Counted from the first letter of the stretch, positions 47,573 through 58,083 are shown. The stretch is DNA of 64,000 bases from an uncultured Dehalococcoidales bacterium (GCA_964472625.1 CAYYLM010000006.1:1315-65314); one strand, 5' to 3'. Notes: generated from the letters alone by a model not told the origin. Made by a program: numbers and translations.

Positions 47573-48004
47573 CTATTTGGGGAGGTGACGGCGTATTCTC
47601 TTATCTACCGGCAGTGATTTGAGTATTGCTAGGACGCTTGCTTTCATTTGGTTCTCGTTAGCCGTGAGAAAGAGGTGGCTCGGGCAGCTGCAGTCGCTTG
47701 AACCAAAGCCGGGGATAGAGCTAAACTGATGGCTGAGAGCCTGAGCGATGGCACATTCCAGTCTTTCCTCAGTCGGGCAGAGGATTATGTCGCTGATACT
47801 AGCCCTCTCCGTTAGGTAATCGATGTGCCAGCGAGGTTTTTTATCTTTTTTGCGGTGGCGTCTCACTCTGGATGTGAAGCCGCCCATTGCCGAGCCAACG
47901 TAGGCATAACAGCCAGCGGGGAAGTGGGTCTCAGCCAGGCTGCCCACTTTGACCGTCTCTTCCTCGGGCAGTGGGATAAGGAGGATATAGCTTCCCTTCG
48001 TCAT
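47573..48004 (-). CDS. DUF123-type GIY-YIG-like nuclease-fold protein
   Basis: GSYILLI...GCYAYVGSAMGG...RVRRH....KPRWHIDYL. Confidence 0.65.
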   Translation of the reverse strand: MTKGSYILLIPLPEEETVKVGSLAETHFPAGCYAYVGSAMGGFTSRVRRHRKKDKKPRWHIDYLTERASISDIILCPTEERLECAIAQALSHQFSSIPGFGSSDCSCPSHLFLTANENQMKASVLAILKSLPVDKRIRRHLPK

Positions 48005-48046
48005 CAGTCTATCTCTTTAAGGACTGCCTTGTCCTGTTCTGCGGGG

Positions 48047-48319
48047 CTATGATTTCTCGACCCTCTCCACCTCAAGGGTGCATTCGGTTACTAGTGCGGC
48101 AAAGGCACCGATAGCCGCCAGCACTGGAGCCGCCATGATTATGGCGGCCGCGGCCGGTGCCCCTATCGTTAGCGGGATGTCAAAGATGGTTCTATCTTTA
48201 TAGATTAGACGCACCCTTCTGATGTTGCCTTCGTGGATGAGCTGTTTCACCTTCTCGACGAGCTTATCGCCGGATACGGTGAACTTCTCGTTTTGGGTCT
48301 TTTCGCTGTCGGTCATCAT
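48047..48319 (-). CDS. DUF4342-like small protein
   Basis: FTVSGDKLVEKVKQLIHEGNIRRVRL...IPLTIGAPAAAAIIMAAPVLAAIGAFAAL. Confidence 0.55.
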   Translation of the reverse strand: MMTDSEKTQNEKFTVSGDKLVEKVKQLIHEGNIRRVRLIYKDRTIFDIPLTIGAPAAAAIIMAAPVLAAIGAFAALVTECTLEVERVEKS

Positions 48320-48433
48320 CGGCCTCCCTTTATCGGCTACCCTTTACGGCCAGATACCGCCTTCTTCCCACCTATTAAAACAGGTTTCTCTTTAGCAGTA
48401 AAGCAGAGGGTATTAGCTAGCTCCCCCCTCTAC

Positions 48434-48461
48434 TTGACAGTAAATTTTCGTGGTATACTAT
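48434..48461 (+). promoter_or_regulatory. Possible argF promoter
   Basis: TTGACA (48434-48439), 16 nt, TACTAT (48456-48461), 22 nt upstream of the TTG start. Confidence 0.35.
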
Positions 48462-48483
48462 GGGCATGTAAAGGAGGACTAGC

Positions 48484-49425
48484 TTGCTAAGTAAGGACTT
48501 GCTTTCCATATCTGACCTCGGTAGTGAGGATATCCGCTTGCTCGTTAAGGATGCCGTTGATATGAAGGCTGAGGGCTGGCTCTCTTTGCTCAGTGGCAAA
48601 ACTCTAGTCATTATGTTTGAGAAGCCCTCACTAAGGACTAGGGTTAGCTTTGAGCTGGCGATGCGGCAGTTAGGTGGTGAGACCGTTTATCTCTCTCCGG
48701 CTGAGGTTGGGCTGGGCAGTCGTGAGTCGGTTCCGGATGTGGCGCGGGTGCTCAGCCGCTATGCGAATGCCATTACTGCCCGCACCTTTTCTCACCAGAC
48801 CCTGGAGGTTCTGGCGGGCCACGCTACTGTGCCCGTGATCAATGCTCTCTCTGATTTGGAACATCCCTGCCAGGCACTGGCTGACCTGCTTACCATTTAC
48901 GAGAAAAAGAATAACCTAACAGGCCAGACCCTGGCCTTTATTGGTGACGGTAATAATGTGGCTCACAGTCTCATGTTAGCTGCTTCGCTAGCTGGGATGA
49001 ATTTCCGGATTGCTTCGCCAGCTCGCTACCGAGTTCAGGATGGGATATTGAGTCTGGCTCAGGGTTATGCTGTGGCCAGTGGTGCCGAAATACTGGCTAC
49101 CGAGGAACCACAAGAAGCGGTCGCTGGCGCCGATGTGGTTTATACTGATGTCTGGACAAGCATGGGGCAGGAGGCTGAGGCGGAGGAGAGACGACAGGCG
49201 TTCAGCCGTTATCAAGTGAATAGCGAGCTTATGTCTCTGGCTAAGGAGGATGCCATACTGATGCATCCCCTGCCGGCACATCGGGGTGAGGAGGTTTCGG
49301 AGACTATTCTAGACAGCCCGAAATCGGTGGTTTTTGACCAGGCTGAGAATAGGCTGCACATGCAGAAAGCGCTGCTGGCGATGCTGCTGGGCGGTCTGGA
49401 GATACCACTGCCCGGCTATCGATAA
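48484..49425 (+). CDS. argF: Ornithine carbamoyltransferase
   Basis: SLRTRVSFE, HPCQALAD, DVWTSMG, HPLPAHRGEEV. Confidence 0.9.
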   Translation: MLSKDLLSISDLGSEDIRLLVKDAVDMKAEGWLSLLSGKTLVIMFEKPSLRTRVSFELAMRQLGGETVYLSPAEVGLGSRESVPDVARVLSRYANAITARTFSHQTLEVLAGHATVPVINALSDLEHPCQALADLLTIYEKKNNLTGQTLAFIGDGNNVAHSLMLAASLAGMNFRIASPARYRVQDGILSLAQGYAVASGAEILATEEPQEAVAGADVVYTDVWTSMGQEAEAEERRQAFSRYQVNSELMSLAKEDAILMHPLPAHRGEEVSETILDSPKSVVFDQAENRLHMQKALLAMLLGGLEIPLPGYR

Positions 49426-49438
49426 GGGGGGTATTATT

Positions 49439-50098
49439 ATGAATGTGTCCCGAAATATGGCTGGCTGGCTTTGGTGGCCCATTGCGATCACGGTAGTGGC
49501 TCTGGTTGGCTCGGTATACGAATGGCCAATCGAAGCTCTGGCTCCGGTCTTAGTGGCTGTCTTGGTTAGTGGTCTGGTGACGGCGGTAACCGGCACCCGG
49601 AGGCAGAGGCTCGAGCTTTCTCTCTCCAGGCTGAGGCAGATGGCGGGCTATTTTAATCGTCGCTTTATGGGTGATTCCTCTCTCTCCATCTTTGCCATCA
49701 TTGACACTCTATTTACCATTGATAACCCCAAGCTGTGGGACTGGGCGCGGGCGTGTGATATGGCTAAGCGTCTGTTCAATACCTGGTGCGATAGCTTTAT
49801 CAACCGGATTGAGAGTGATGTCAGGAGCGGACGCCCTCAAGCTTACCTTTATACCTACCTCAATGAGCTGTGGCTGGTGAATAATCACTACTACGAGTTT
49901 ATCGAGCAGTTTTATGAGGTAGCCGGGACAGTTGAGGTTCCCAAGGAAACTAAAGACCAGTATAACCGGCTGGTGATGGAATATAACGCCTTTGCTCAGG
50001 ATTTCCGGGACACTATTAGTGAGCTAAAGAAGATCACCCGAACCGAGATTGAACCCCCCAGTGTCCGGTTTGCTCAGGAGCTAACGGCGGCAAAGTGA
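49439..50098 (+). CDS. Hypothetical membrane protein (2 TM helices plus a helical cytoplasmic domain)
   Basis: The ATG at 49439 follows a purine-rich AAGGGGGG. The ORF-track start at 49334 overlaps argF and looks like an extension. Confidence 0.5.
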   Translation: MNVSRNMAGWLWWPIAITVVALVGSVYEWPIEALAPVLVAVLVSGLVTAVTGTRRQRLELSLSRLRQMAGYFNRRFMGDSSLSIFAIIDTLFTIDNPKLWDWARACDMAKRLFNTWCDSFINRIESDVRSGRPQAYLYTYLNELWLVNNHYYEFIEQFYEVAGTVEVPKETKDQYNRLVMEYNAFAQDFRDTISELKKITRTEIEPPSVRFAQELTAAK

Positions 50099-50175
50099 GG
50101 GCTATTTATTCCCTCAGCGGAAAAGTGAAGAACATAAAGAAGGGTTTCTATACGCTCTAGCATTTTACGATTAGC

Positions 50176-51489
50176 ATGGCTAAGCCAATTGTCGCTATCG
50201 TCGGCAGACAGAACGTGGGTAAATCCACCCTCCTTAACCGCCTAGCAGGTAAGCGAGTTGCCATTGTTGACGGGCTGCCGGGGACAACCCGTGACCGTAT
50301 CATGGCTGAAGTTTCCGTGCCGGGGCATGAATTCACCATAGTTGATACCGGTGGCCTGGAGCTGAGCCCTGACTCCACTGTAGCTCAGGGGATTAATGAG
50401 CAGGTCGCGGTGGCAATTACCGAGGCGGAGGCGATTCTTTTTTTGGTAGATGTCAGAGATGGCCTCGTGCCTACCGATCTGGAAATAGCCGACCGGCTTC
50501 GTAAGACGAGTAAGCCGGTAGTGCTGGTGGCGAATAAGGCAGATAATGCCAAATATGAGGCTGGGGTGGTCGAGTTTTACGAGTTGGGTCTGGGTGAGCC
50601 AGTGGCGATTAGTGCCTATCATGGGCGGGGCATACCTGGGCTACTGGACCGGCTTACCCTGCTGTTGCCAGCACCGTCGCTGCCCAGTGCGGCACCGGAA
50701 GCGGTTGGAGTAGCCATTGTCGGCAGACCCAATGTGGGTAAGTCAACGCTACTGAACGCTGTACTGGGTGGAGAGCGGGCGATTGTTGATGACGTGCCCG
50801 GTACGACTCGTGATGCTCTAGATACCCTAGTTGACTTTGAGGGGGAAAGTGTGCTACTTATTGATACAGCCGGTATTAAGCGGCGGGGACGGATAGAAGG
50901 TGGTGTGGGGCGATACAGTGTCATTCGGGCTCTTAGGGCCATTGAGCGGGCTGATGTCGCTCTCTTGGTTCTTGATGCTGCTGAGCTAGTAACGGCACAG
51001 GATATGCATATTGCGGGTTATATCCAGCAGGCGGCGAAGGGTATTATAATTATCGTTAATAAGTGGGACTTGGTTAAAACTGGTAGTAGAGAAGAGTGTA
51101 GCCGGTATGTGAAGAGTCAGTTTAGGTTTGTTTCTTATGCGCCGGTGATGTATACTTCAGCTAAACTGGGGTGGGGGGTGGCTAAGATTATGCCTCAAGT
51201 ACGTCGGATATACCGGGAGAGGCTTAGGCGGCTATCTACCGCTGCCGTCAATAGTGTTGTCCAGCAGGCGGTAGCGGCTCACAGTCTGCCGCGGAAGGGC
51301 AACCGCCAGCTGAAGGTTCTCTACGCCACTCAGGCTGAAGTAAACCCGCCGACCTTTGTCTTCTTTGTTAATTACCCTCAGCTAATGCATTTCTCATACC
51401 AGCGCTACCTTGAAAATAGGCTTCGCCAGGCATTTGGCTTTGAGGGTACCCCAATTCGCTTTGTCTTTAAAACGAGGGCAGAGACATGA
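50176..51489 (+). CDS. der: Ribosome-associated GTPase Der/EngA
   Basis: Two G domains (GRQNVGKST and GRPNVGKST) plus a KH-like C-terminus. Confidence 0.95.
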   Translation: MAKPIVAIVGRQNVGKSTLLNRLAGKRVAIVDGLPGTTRDRIMAEVSVPGHEFTIVDTGGLELSPDSTVAQGINEQVAVAITEAEAILFLVDVRDGLVPTDLEIADRLRKTSKPVVLVANKADNAKYEAGVVEFYELGLGEPVAISAYHGRGIPGLLDRLTLLLPAPSLPSAAPEAVGVAIVGRPNVGKSTLLNAVLGGERAIVDDVPGTTRDALDTLVDFEGESVLLIDTAGIKRRGRIEGGVGRYSVIRALRAIERADVALLVLDAAELVTAQDMHIAGYIQQAAKGIIIIVNKWDLVKTGSREECSRYVKSQFRFVSYAPVMYTSAKLGWGVAKIMPQVRRIYRERLRRLSTAAVNSVVQQAVAAHSLPRKGNRQLKVLYATQAEVNPPTFVFFVNYPQLMHFSYQRYLENRLRQAFGFEGTPIRFVFKTRAET

Positions 51490-52148
51490 TAGCTGCCAAG
51501 TTTGTCCTTGTCGCCGTACTCGGTTACCTTTTGGGTTCTATCCCCTTTGGGGTATTGGTATGTCGGCGGATGGCCAGGGTGGATGTCAGGCAGTATGGCA
51601 GTGGCAAGATGGGGACGACCAATGTCTTGAGGACGGCGGGCAGCAAAGCCGCGGTTCTTGTTTTCGTTCTGGACCTTCTGAAGGGAGTCGCTGCCGTGGT
51701 TATTGCCGGTGTGATTATTGGCCGGGATTATCTGGTGGTGGGGGGTGTTCACTGGGGGATTCTGGTCGCTCAGGTCATCGCGGCTCTGGCGGCGATGGCG
51801 GGACATAATCGCTCAGTCTTTCTTAAGTTTCGTAGTGGTGGCCGGGGGGTAGCCACCTTTTTCGGTGGCATGGCGGCCCTGTTTCCCCCAGCAGCCCTGT
51901 TTGGTGGCGAAATTTTCATCATTGGGGCTGGACTCACTAAGTTTGTTTCCTTGGCTTCTATTTCCGCAGCGGTAAGCACTTACGCCGTGTTAGTACCCCT
52001 CACCATATTTAATCGATTTCCGATTGAGTATCTGATTTATGCCTTAATCGGCAGCATAGTGATTATCGTTGTGCATCGGGACAATATCAGTCGTTTACTG
52101 GCTGGTAAAGAGCGTAGGCTAGGCGAGAGGGCTAAGTTAAGAAGTTAA
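51486..52148 (+). CDS. plsY: Glycerol-3-phosphate acyltransferase PlsY
   Basis: YLLGSIPFG, GSGKMGTTN. 4-nt overlap with der. Confidence 0.9.
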   Translation: MIAAKFVLVAVLGYLLGSIPFGVLVCRRMARVDVRQYGSGKMGTTNVLRTAGSKAAVLVFVLDLLKGVAAVVIAGVIIGRDYLVVGGVHWGILVAQVIAALAAMAGHNRSVFLKFRSGGRGVATFFGGMAALFPPAALFGGEIFIIGAGLTKFVSLASISAAVSTYAVLVPLTIFNRFPIEYLIYALIGSIVIIVVHRDNISRLLAGKERRLGERAKLRS

Positions 52149-52217
52149 CTCCTCGCCCAGATACCTCACCAGCCCATTTCTGATTCTAGCGCTAGAGCGA
52201 TGAGAGTGGTGTAGCGT

Positions 52218-53264
52218 ATGCCTAAGATAGCAATCATTGGCACCACCAGTTGGGGGAAAACCCTGGGGGTGGTGTTAGCTAATAAGGGGCTTGAGGTTAT
52301 GTTATGGGCCCGCAGCGAGGCGGAGGCTGCTCAGCTGAGAAACAGTAAGTCTAGTACCGATCAGTTAGCCGCCTTGGTCTCTCGGTTGTCCATTACTAGT
52401 TCCCTGGGTGAAGCTCTAACTTCGGTGCAGTCAGTGATTCTGGTGGTGCCATCTCAGACGATGCGCCATAACATCAGACTAGCCAAGGATTACCTCGGTG
52501 GAGCGATGCTGGTGGTGAGCGCGACTAAGGGTCTTGAGTTAGGCAGCAACAAGCGGATGAGCCAGGTAATCGCTGAGGAGATAGCCCCCGAACTAGAGGC
52601 TAACATCTGTGTCCTTTCCGGCCCCAATCTCTCCGGTGAGATTGTCCGTGGTTTACCGGCGGCTACAGTAGTGGCCGCGGCCAGTGAGGCTATCGCCAGG
52701 AAGGCCCAGAGGCTAATCTCCACAGACAGATTTTGTGTTTATACCAATACTGATGTCATCGGGGTGGAGCTGGGGGGGGCGCTGAAGAATATTATCGCAC
52801 TGGGGGCTGGTCTGGTCGATGGGCTTGGTTTTGGCGATAATACCAAGGCGGCCTTTATTACCCGTGGCTTAATTGAGATAGCGGCTCTGGGAGTTGCTTT
52901 AGGGGCTAACCCACTCACCTTTACCGGCTTAGCCGGTCTGGGTGATGTTATCACCACCTGTGCCAGCCCGCTGAGTCGTAATCACTATGTAGGTGTCGAG
53001 TTAGCCAAAGGGCGCCCACTAGAGGAGATAACAGCCTCAATGGTCGGCACTGCTGAAGGTGTAAATACCACTATTGCCGCTAGAGATCTAGCCCAGCAGC
53101 GCGGGCTGGGGATGCCGGTCACGGAAAAGATCTACCAGGTTTTGTTTGAGGGTGCTGACCCATACCAGGTAGTAGCTGAGATAACGTCGGCTGAAGCCAG
53201 CCATGAGCTAGCGGGGCAGAACTGGGAGTTCTCCGACTTTTCAAGACAGCGCCAGCGCGACTGA
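52218..53264 (+). CDS. gpsA: NAD(P)H-dependent glycerol-3-phosphate dehydrogenase
   Basis: IGTTSWGKTL Rossmann region, GALKNIIALGAG, GLGDVITTC. Confidence 0.9.
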   Translation: MPKIAIIGTTSWGKTLGVVLANKGLEVMLWARSEAEAAQLRNSKSSTDQLAALVSRLSITSSLGEALTSVQSVILVVPSQTMRHNIRLAKDYLGGAMLVVSATKGLELGSNKRMSQVIAEEIAPELEANICVLSGPNLSGEIVRGLPAATVVAAASEAIARKAQRLISTDRFCVYTNTDVIGVELGGALKNIIALGAGLVDGLGFGDNTKAAFITRGLIEIAALGVALGANPLTFTGLAGLGDVITTCASPLSRNHYVGVELAKGRPLEEITASMVGTAEGVNTTIAARDLAQQRGLGMPVTEKIYQVLFEGADPYQVVAEITSAEASHELAGQNWEFSDFSRQRQRD

Positions 53265-53280
53265 GGTCTATCTTGTGGCT

Positions 53281-54354
53281 TCATTCGTGTTTTGGAGTTG
53301 GGCCTAGGGTTTCGGCTAGCTCCTCAAGTAGCTGGCGCTGTTTTTTGGTTAGTGACTCAGGAGTGATCACACGTAGCTTAACGAACTGGTCACCACGTCC
53401 CCGACCACGAAGATGAGAGACACCCTTGTTCTTGAGCTTGAATTCCTTGCCGGTTTGGCTGCCGGCGGGCACTTTGAGTTTGGTGCTCCCGTCCAGGGTG
53501 GGTACCTCAATTTCGGCACCGAGGGCTGCCTGAGCAAAGTTGATTGGTAGCTCGTAGATGATGTCGTCACCATCCCGGGTGAAAAGCTCATGCGGTTTTA
53601 CCGTCAGGTAGACATAAAGGTCACCAGGGGAACCGCCTCGGTCTCCGGCTTCACCTTCGCCTCTCAGTCGTACTTGGTTACCGTTATCAACGCCAGCCGG
53701 GATTTTGACCGAGATACGGCGCTCCTGCTTTTCCTTACCTGTGCCCCGGCAACTGAGGCAGGGCTGGGTGATAATTCTGCCTTCACCATGGCATTGAGGA
53801 CAGGTGGCGATATTAGTGAAGCGACCAAAGATACTCTGCTGAACCCGCCGTACCTGCCCGGCGCCGTTACAGTTAGGGCACCTGGTAGGTTGACTGCCTG
53901 GCCTGGCGCCAGTGCCCTGGCATGAGGGGCAGGCTTCAGTGCGCAGAATACTTATTTCCTTCTCGCAGCCAAAGGCGGCTTCCTCAAAGGTAATATAGGT
54001 GTTGTAGCTTAAGTCGGCACCGCGCTGTGGTCCCCGGCGGACAGTCGTGCTGGCGCCACCGAAGAAGGCGTCAAAGATATCACCGAAACCGCCAAAGTCA
54101 AAGCCCTCGAAGCCACGTCCGAAGAAGCTCTCAGCACCACCGTGACCAAAGCGGTCGTAGGCAGCCCGCTTTTCCGGGTCAGCGAGCACCTGGTAGGCCT
54201 CGTTTACCTCTTTGAATTTCGCCTCGGCGTCACCGTTGCGGTTATGGTCCGGGTGATACTTGAAGGCTAGCTTACGGAAGGCCCGCTTTATTTCCTCGTC
54301 GGTAGCGCTTCTGGGGATGCCGAGGACTTCATAGTAATCCCGCTTGGCTGGCAT
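53281..54354 (-). CDS. dnaJ: Molecular chaperone DnaJ
   Basis: J domain (DYYEVLGI...YHPD), G/F region, four CxxCxGxG zinc motifs. Confidence 0.95.
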   Translation of the reverse strand: MPAKRDYYEVLGIPRSATDEEIKRAFRKLAFKYHPDHNRNGDAEAKFKEVNEAYQVLADPEKRAAYDRFGHGGAESFFGRGFEGFDFGGFGDIFDAFFGGASTTVRRGPQRGADLSYNTYITFEEAAFGCEKEISILRTEACPSCQGTGARPGSQPTRCPNCNGAGQVRRVQQSIFGRFTNIATCPQCHGEGRIITQPCLSCRGTGKEKQERRISVKIPAGVDNGNQVRLRGEGEAGDRGGSPGDLYVYLTVKPHELFTRDGDDIIYELPINFAQAALGAEIEVPTLDGSTKLKVPAGSQTGKEFKLKNKGVSHLRGRGRGDQFVKLRVITPESLTKKQRQLLEELAETLGPTPKHE

Positions 54355-54377
54355 TTATCTTCTACCTCACCCCCGGT

Positions 54378-54407
54378 ATCCCCCTCTCCTTCAAAGGAGA
54401 GGGGGAT
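54378..54407 (-). other. Strong 12-13 bp hairpin in the dnaK-dnaJ spacer
   Basis: atccccctctcc (54378-54389) / ggagagggggat (54396-54407). No T tract on either strand. A second 6-bp GC hairpin lies at 54417-54433. Confidence 0.6.
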
Positions 54408-54462
54408 TAGGTATAAGAGGGGCTCTGCCCCTCACTGACTCCCTTTTTAACAAATCTTACCA

Positions 54463-54517
54463 CTTTCGAAGTCCTTATTAGGCTTCGTGAAGCATGTCCT
54501 TTCGAAGTCCTTATTAG
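54463..54517 (-). repeat. Perfect 19-bp direct repeat spanning the dnaK stop codons
   Basis: ctttcgaagtccttattag at 54463-54481 and 54499-54517. On the minus strand this is TAATAAGGACTTCGAAAG twice, 36 nt apart. Confidence 0.9.
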
Positions 54518-56418
54518 ACCTCGCGGAACTCGCCCTCTACAGTGCCTTCCTCGCCACCCTCTTTATCGGGTGGGGTTTCTTCTTCAGGTGGAGGTGGCTC
54601 AGCCCCTGGTGGGGGCGGCTGCTGGTAAACCGCTGCCCCGATTTTCTGCATGGTGTCGTTTAGTTCCTGACTTGCCTTGCGGATAGCCTCAATATCGCTA
54701 CCCTGTAGTGCTGAGCGCAGGGCGGCTATCTTATCTTCTGTCTCTTTATTCAGGTCGGCGGGTATCTTATCCTTCTGCTCCCGCAGGGTTCTTTCGGCAG
54801 TATAGGCTAGGGTATCGGCAGCGTTGCGTGCCTCTATCTCGTCACGCCGTTTGCTGTCCTCGGCGGCATGTGCCTCGGCTTCACGCTGCATCCGCTCCAC
54901 CTCATCCTTGGCGAGACCGCTGGAAGCGGTAATGGTTATCTTCTGCTCCCGACCGGTGCCCTTATCATGAGCCTTAACGTTGAGGATGCCGTTAGCATCG
55001 ATATCAAAGGTAACCTCAATCTGGGGCACGCCTCTGGGTGCTGGCAGAATGCCGTCAAGCATGAAGCGTCCCAGGGTTCTATTGTCCTCGGCCATGGGTC
55101 GTTCCCCCTGGAGGACATGAATCTCAACGCTGGGCTGATTATCCGCGGCGGTCGAGAAGACCTGGCTCTTGGAGGTGGGGATGGTGGTATTGCGGGGAAT
55201 AAGCGGTGTCGCCACCTTGCCCAAGGTCTCGATACCGAGGGTAAGTGGCGTCACATCAAGCAAGAGCACATCCTTGACCTCACCCTTCAGGACCCCGGCC
55301 TGTATTGCGGCCCCGACGGCGACTACCTCATCGGGGTTGACTCCCTTGTGGGCTTCCTTACCAAAAAACTGCTTTACCTTCTCCTGAACCAGGGGCATTC
55401 GGGTCTGTCCGCCTACCAGAACTACCTCATCAATCTGGGCTGCCGTTTTGTCGGCATCGGTTAGTGCCTGTTTGCAGGGCCCGATGGTTTTCTCCACTAG
55501 GTCCATTACCAGCTGCTCCAGTTTGGCCCGGGTGAGGTTAATACTGAGGTGCTTGGGGCCGCTGGCATCAGCGGTAATAAAGGGCAGACTTACCTCGGTC
55601 TGCTGAACGGTGGATAGCTCGCACTTGGTCTTTTCGGCAGCTTCCTTGAGCCGCTGCAGAGCCATCTTATCCTGCTTCAGGTCGATGCCCTGCTCCCGCT
55701 TGAACTCGTCGCATAACCAGTCCATGAGCCGCTGGTCAAAGTCATCGCCACCGAGATGAGTATCGCCGTTGGTTGACTTGACCTGAAAGGTACCTTCACC
55801 CAGTTCCAGTATGGAGATATCAAAGGTACCGCCACCGAGGTCATAGACCGCAATGGTTTCATCCTGTTTTTTGTCCAGTCCGTAGGCGAGAGAAGCGGCC
55901 GTTGGCTCGTTGATGATTCTCAAGACCTCGAGCCCGGCTATCTTACCGGCATCCTTGGTTGCCTGGCGCTGGCTGTCATTAAAGTAGGCCGGCACCGTGA
56001 TTACTGCCTCGGTAACCTTCTCGCCGAGGTAGGCTTCGGCATCCGTTTTGAGTTTTTGCAGTATCATCGCCGAGATCTCCGGCGGGCTGTAGTCCTTGTT
56101 ACCCATCTTTACCCAGGCATCACCATTATCGGCTTTGACTATCTTGAATGGTAGTAGTTTCTTATCGTACTCGACAGTGGGCTCGTCAAACTTGCGCCCC
56201 ATCAGCCGTTTGATGCTGAAGATGGTATTCTCTGGATTAGTAATTGCCTGGCGTCTGGCTACCTGGCCGGTCAGGCGTTCCCCGGTCTTACTTACGGCTA
56301 CCACCGAGGGTGTGATACGTCCGCCTTCAGCATTGGTAATGACCTTTGGTTCCCCGGCCTCCATTACGGCCACACATGAGAAGGTGGTGCCTAAATCAAT
56401 GCCAATTACTTTTGCCAT
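54514..56418 (-). CDS. dnaK: Molecular chaperone DnaK (Hsp70)
   Basis: [21 protein letters not shown], the full Hsp70 pattern. 634 aa. Confidence 0.97.
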   Translation of the reverse strand: MAKVIGIDLGTTFSCVAVMEAGEPKVITNAEGGRITPSVVAVSKTGERLTGQVARRQAITNPENTIFSIKRLMGRKFDEPTVEYDKKLLPFKIVKADNGDAWVKMGNKDYSPPEISAMILQKLKTDAEAYLGEKVTEAVITVPAYFNDSQRQATKDAGKIAGLEVLRIINEPTAASLAYGLDKKQDETIAVYDLGGGTFDISILELGEGTFQVKSTNGDTHLGGDDFDQRLMDWLCDEFKREQGIDLKQDKMALQRLKEAAEKTKCELSTVQQTEVSLPFITADASGPKHLSINLTRAKLEQLVMDLVEKTIGPCKQALTDADKTAAQIDEVVLVGGQTRMPLVQEKVKQFFGKEAHKGVNPDEVVAVGAAIQAGVLKGEVKDVLLLDVTPLTLGIETLGKVATPLIPRNTTIPTSKSQVFSTAADNQPSVEIHVLQGERPMAEDNRTLGRFMLDGILPAPRGVPQIEVTFDIDANGILNVKAHDKGTGREQKITITASSGLAKDEVERMQREAEAHAAEDSKRRDEIEARNAADTLAYTAERTLREQKDKIPADLNKETEDKIAALRSALQGSDIEAIRKASQELNDTMQKIGAAVYQQPPPPGAEPPPPEEETPPDKEGGEEGTVEGEFREV

Positions 56419-56421
56419 AGT

Positions 56422-56973
56422 CTATTCCTCTCCTCCTTGTTCGTCTTCCTCGCCACTGCCCACCACTACCCGGCTCGGGCGAATAACCCTATCGTGCAAC
56501 CGGTAACCCTTCTGTATTTCCTCAACGACCAATCCTTCCTTACCTTTACCCTGCATCACTGCTTCGTGTAAGTGCGGGTCAAACGGCTCTCCTAAGGCTT
56601 TTATCTGGGATAGCCCCTCGCCTTCCAGAATCGTCCTCAGCTTACGCTCAATAAGTCTGACCCCCTCGACCCAGCTGAGTTTAGACTGGCGTGGTGGGAT
56701 AGCCGCCAGGGCTCGTTCCATATCATCCAGGGCGGGCAAGAGCTTAAGCATGAGTTCGCTATTAGCGTACCTACTGAGGTCCGCTTTTTCCTGCTCACTG
56801 CGTCTTTTATAGTTGGTGAAGTCTGCCTGGGTCCTCTGCCAACCGGCTAGATTGGTTTCTGCTTTTTCTTTCTCTTCGACCAGGGCCTGTCTCAGTAACT
56901 CCATGTCCTCTACTTCGGTGACCTCAGAGCCTACTTCACTGAATTCCATTTCTGGTTCCTGCTCATTCATCAT
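56422..56973 (-). CDS. grpE: Nucleotide exchange factor GrpE
   Basis: TQADFTNYKRR...FDPHLHEA... pattern. 3-nt gap to dnaK. Confidence 0.9.
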   Translation of the reverse strand: MMNEQEPEMEFSEVGSEVTEVEDMELLRQALVEEKEKAETNLAGWQRTQADFTNYKRRSEQEKADLSRYANSELMLKLLPALDDMERALAAIPPRQSKLSWVEGVRLIERKLRTILEGEGLSQIKALGEPFDPHLHEAVMQGKGKEGLVVEEIQKGYRLHDRVIRPSRVVVGSGEEDEQGGEE

Positions 56974-57010
56974 TATTTAACCTTGATTTCTCTTTTCTTA
57001 ATCGTTGATT

Positions 57011-58036
57011 TCAGACTGGTTCTTTGCCATACAGATCAGCGGTCAGTCTGCTCATTAGTGACGAAAGATAACTTATGGTGGCGATAGCTCGGGCATAAGG
57101 CATTCGGGTCGGGCCGATGACACCAATGGTACCGCTGGCTTCATTGGCTAGGCCATACCGGCCGAGGATGACACTGTAATCCTGGATAGCCTCCGCTCTA
57201 TTCTCTCTCCCGATAACTACCTGTAGCTCCTGGTTCTTAATCCCTTCGGGGGCAATAATCTTAGCTAGGTTGCGGTGGTCAATCAGTTCCATTAAGGACT
57301 TCATATGCTGACTCTGAGTGAATTCCGGCTGGCTGAACATAAAGTGTAGTCCATCGAGGTAGGGCTCCTCGTATTCCTGCTCGTCCTCTGCCTGCATGAT
57401 CTTTAACAAATAATCGGTTATTTGTTGCTCAACCGGGGAAAGCTCTATTCCCTTAGCCAGTATTTCTGACCTAGCTAGGCCAGAATAAACAGCATTTAGC
57501 CTGTTAGCGATAGACGTCAGCTTTGATTGTGATATCGTCTCGTCAAAGTTTATTAGCCGCTTTTTTATTCTGGCACCGCGCAGGACGAAGATACCCAATG
57601 CCAGCGAGTCCTGCAGGTTGACCAGCTCCAGATACTGGAACCGGCAGTTTATCGTCTTAGGGGTAGTCACTACGGCCATATTGTGCACTAGCTGAGCGAT
57701 TAGCTTAGCGGCTAGCCTCAGCCATTCTTCCAGCTCCCTTTCCACCTGATGAAAGAGGTGACTTATTAAGATTTGCTCAACAAGGGGGAGCTCTATTTCA
57801 CCCAGTGACTCTACATAGTAGCGGTAGCCCTTGTCTGAGGGTATGCTTCCGGCTGAAGGGTGCTGACGTATGATATAGCCTGCCTCCTCCAGGTGTGCCA
57901 TCTCACTGCGGATGGTAGCGGGGCACACCCCCAGCTCGTGGTCACTAACAATACTCTGCGAGGCTACCGGTGTCGCCTTCACAATGTACTGTCCCACTAT
58001 TGACTTGAGTATCGTTTCTCGTCTGGCGGTTAACAT
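57011..58036 (-). CDS. hrcA: Heat-inducible transcription repressor HrcA
   Basis: MLTARRETILKSIVGQYI...PVASQ (winged-helix N-terminus). The true ATG is at 58036. The ORF-track GTG at 58093 would translate through the CIRCE operator. Confidence 0.9.
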   Translation of the reverse strand: MLTARRETILKSIVGQYIVKATPVASQSIVSDHELGVCPATIRSEMAHLEEAGYIIRQHPSAGSIPSDKGYRYYVESLGEIELPLVEQILISHLFHQVERELEEWLRLAAKLIAQLVHNMAVVTTPKTINCRFQYLELVNLQDSLALGIFVLRGARIKKRLINFDETISQSKLTSIANRLNAVYSGLARSEILAKGIELSPVEQQITDYLLKIMQAEDEQEYEEPYLDGLHFMFSQPEFTQSQHMKSLMELIDHRNLAKIIAPEGIKNQELQVVIGRENRAEAIQDYSVILGRYGLANEASGTIGVIGPTRMPYARAIATISYLSSLMSRLTADLYGKEPV

Positions 58037-58047
58037 CTTAAACCTGA

Positions 58048-58074
58048 TTAGCAGTCGCAGTCTGAGATTGCTAA
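58048..58074 (-). promoter_or_regulatory. CIRCE operator (HrcA binding site)
   Basis: The minus strand reads TTAGCAATC-N9-GACTGCTAA versus consensus TTAGCACTC-N9-GAGTGCTAA. Lies 11 nt upstream of the hrcA ATG. Confidence 0.85.
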
Positions 58075-58083
58075 ATACAATTA

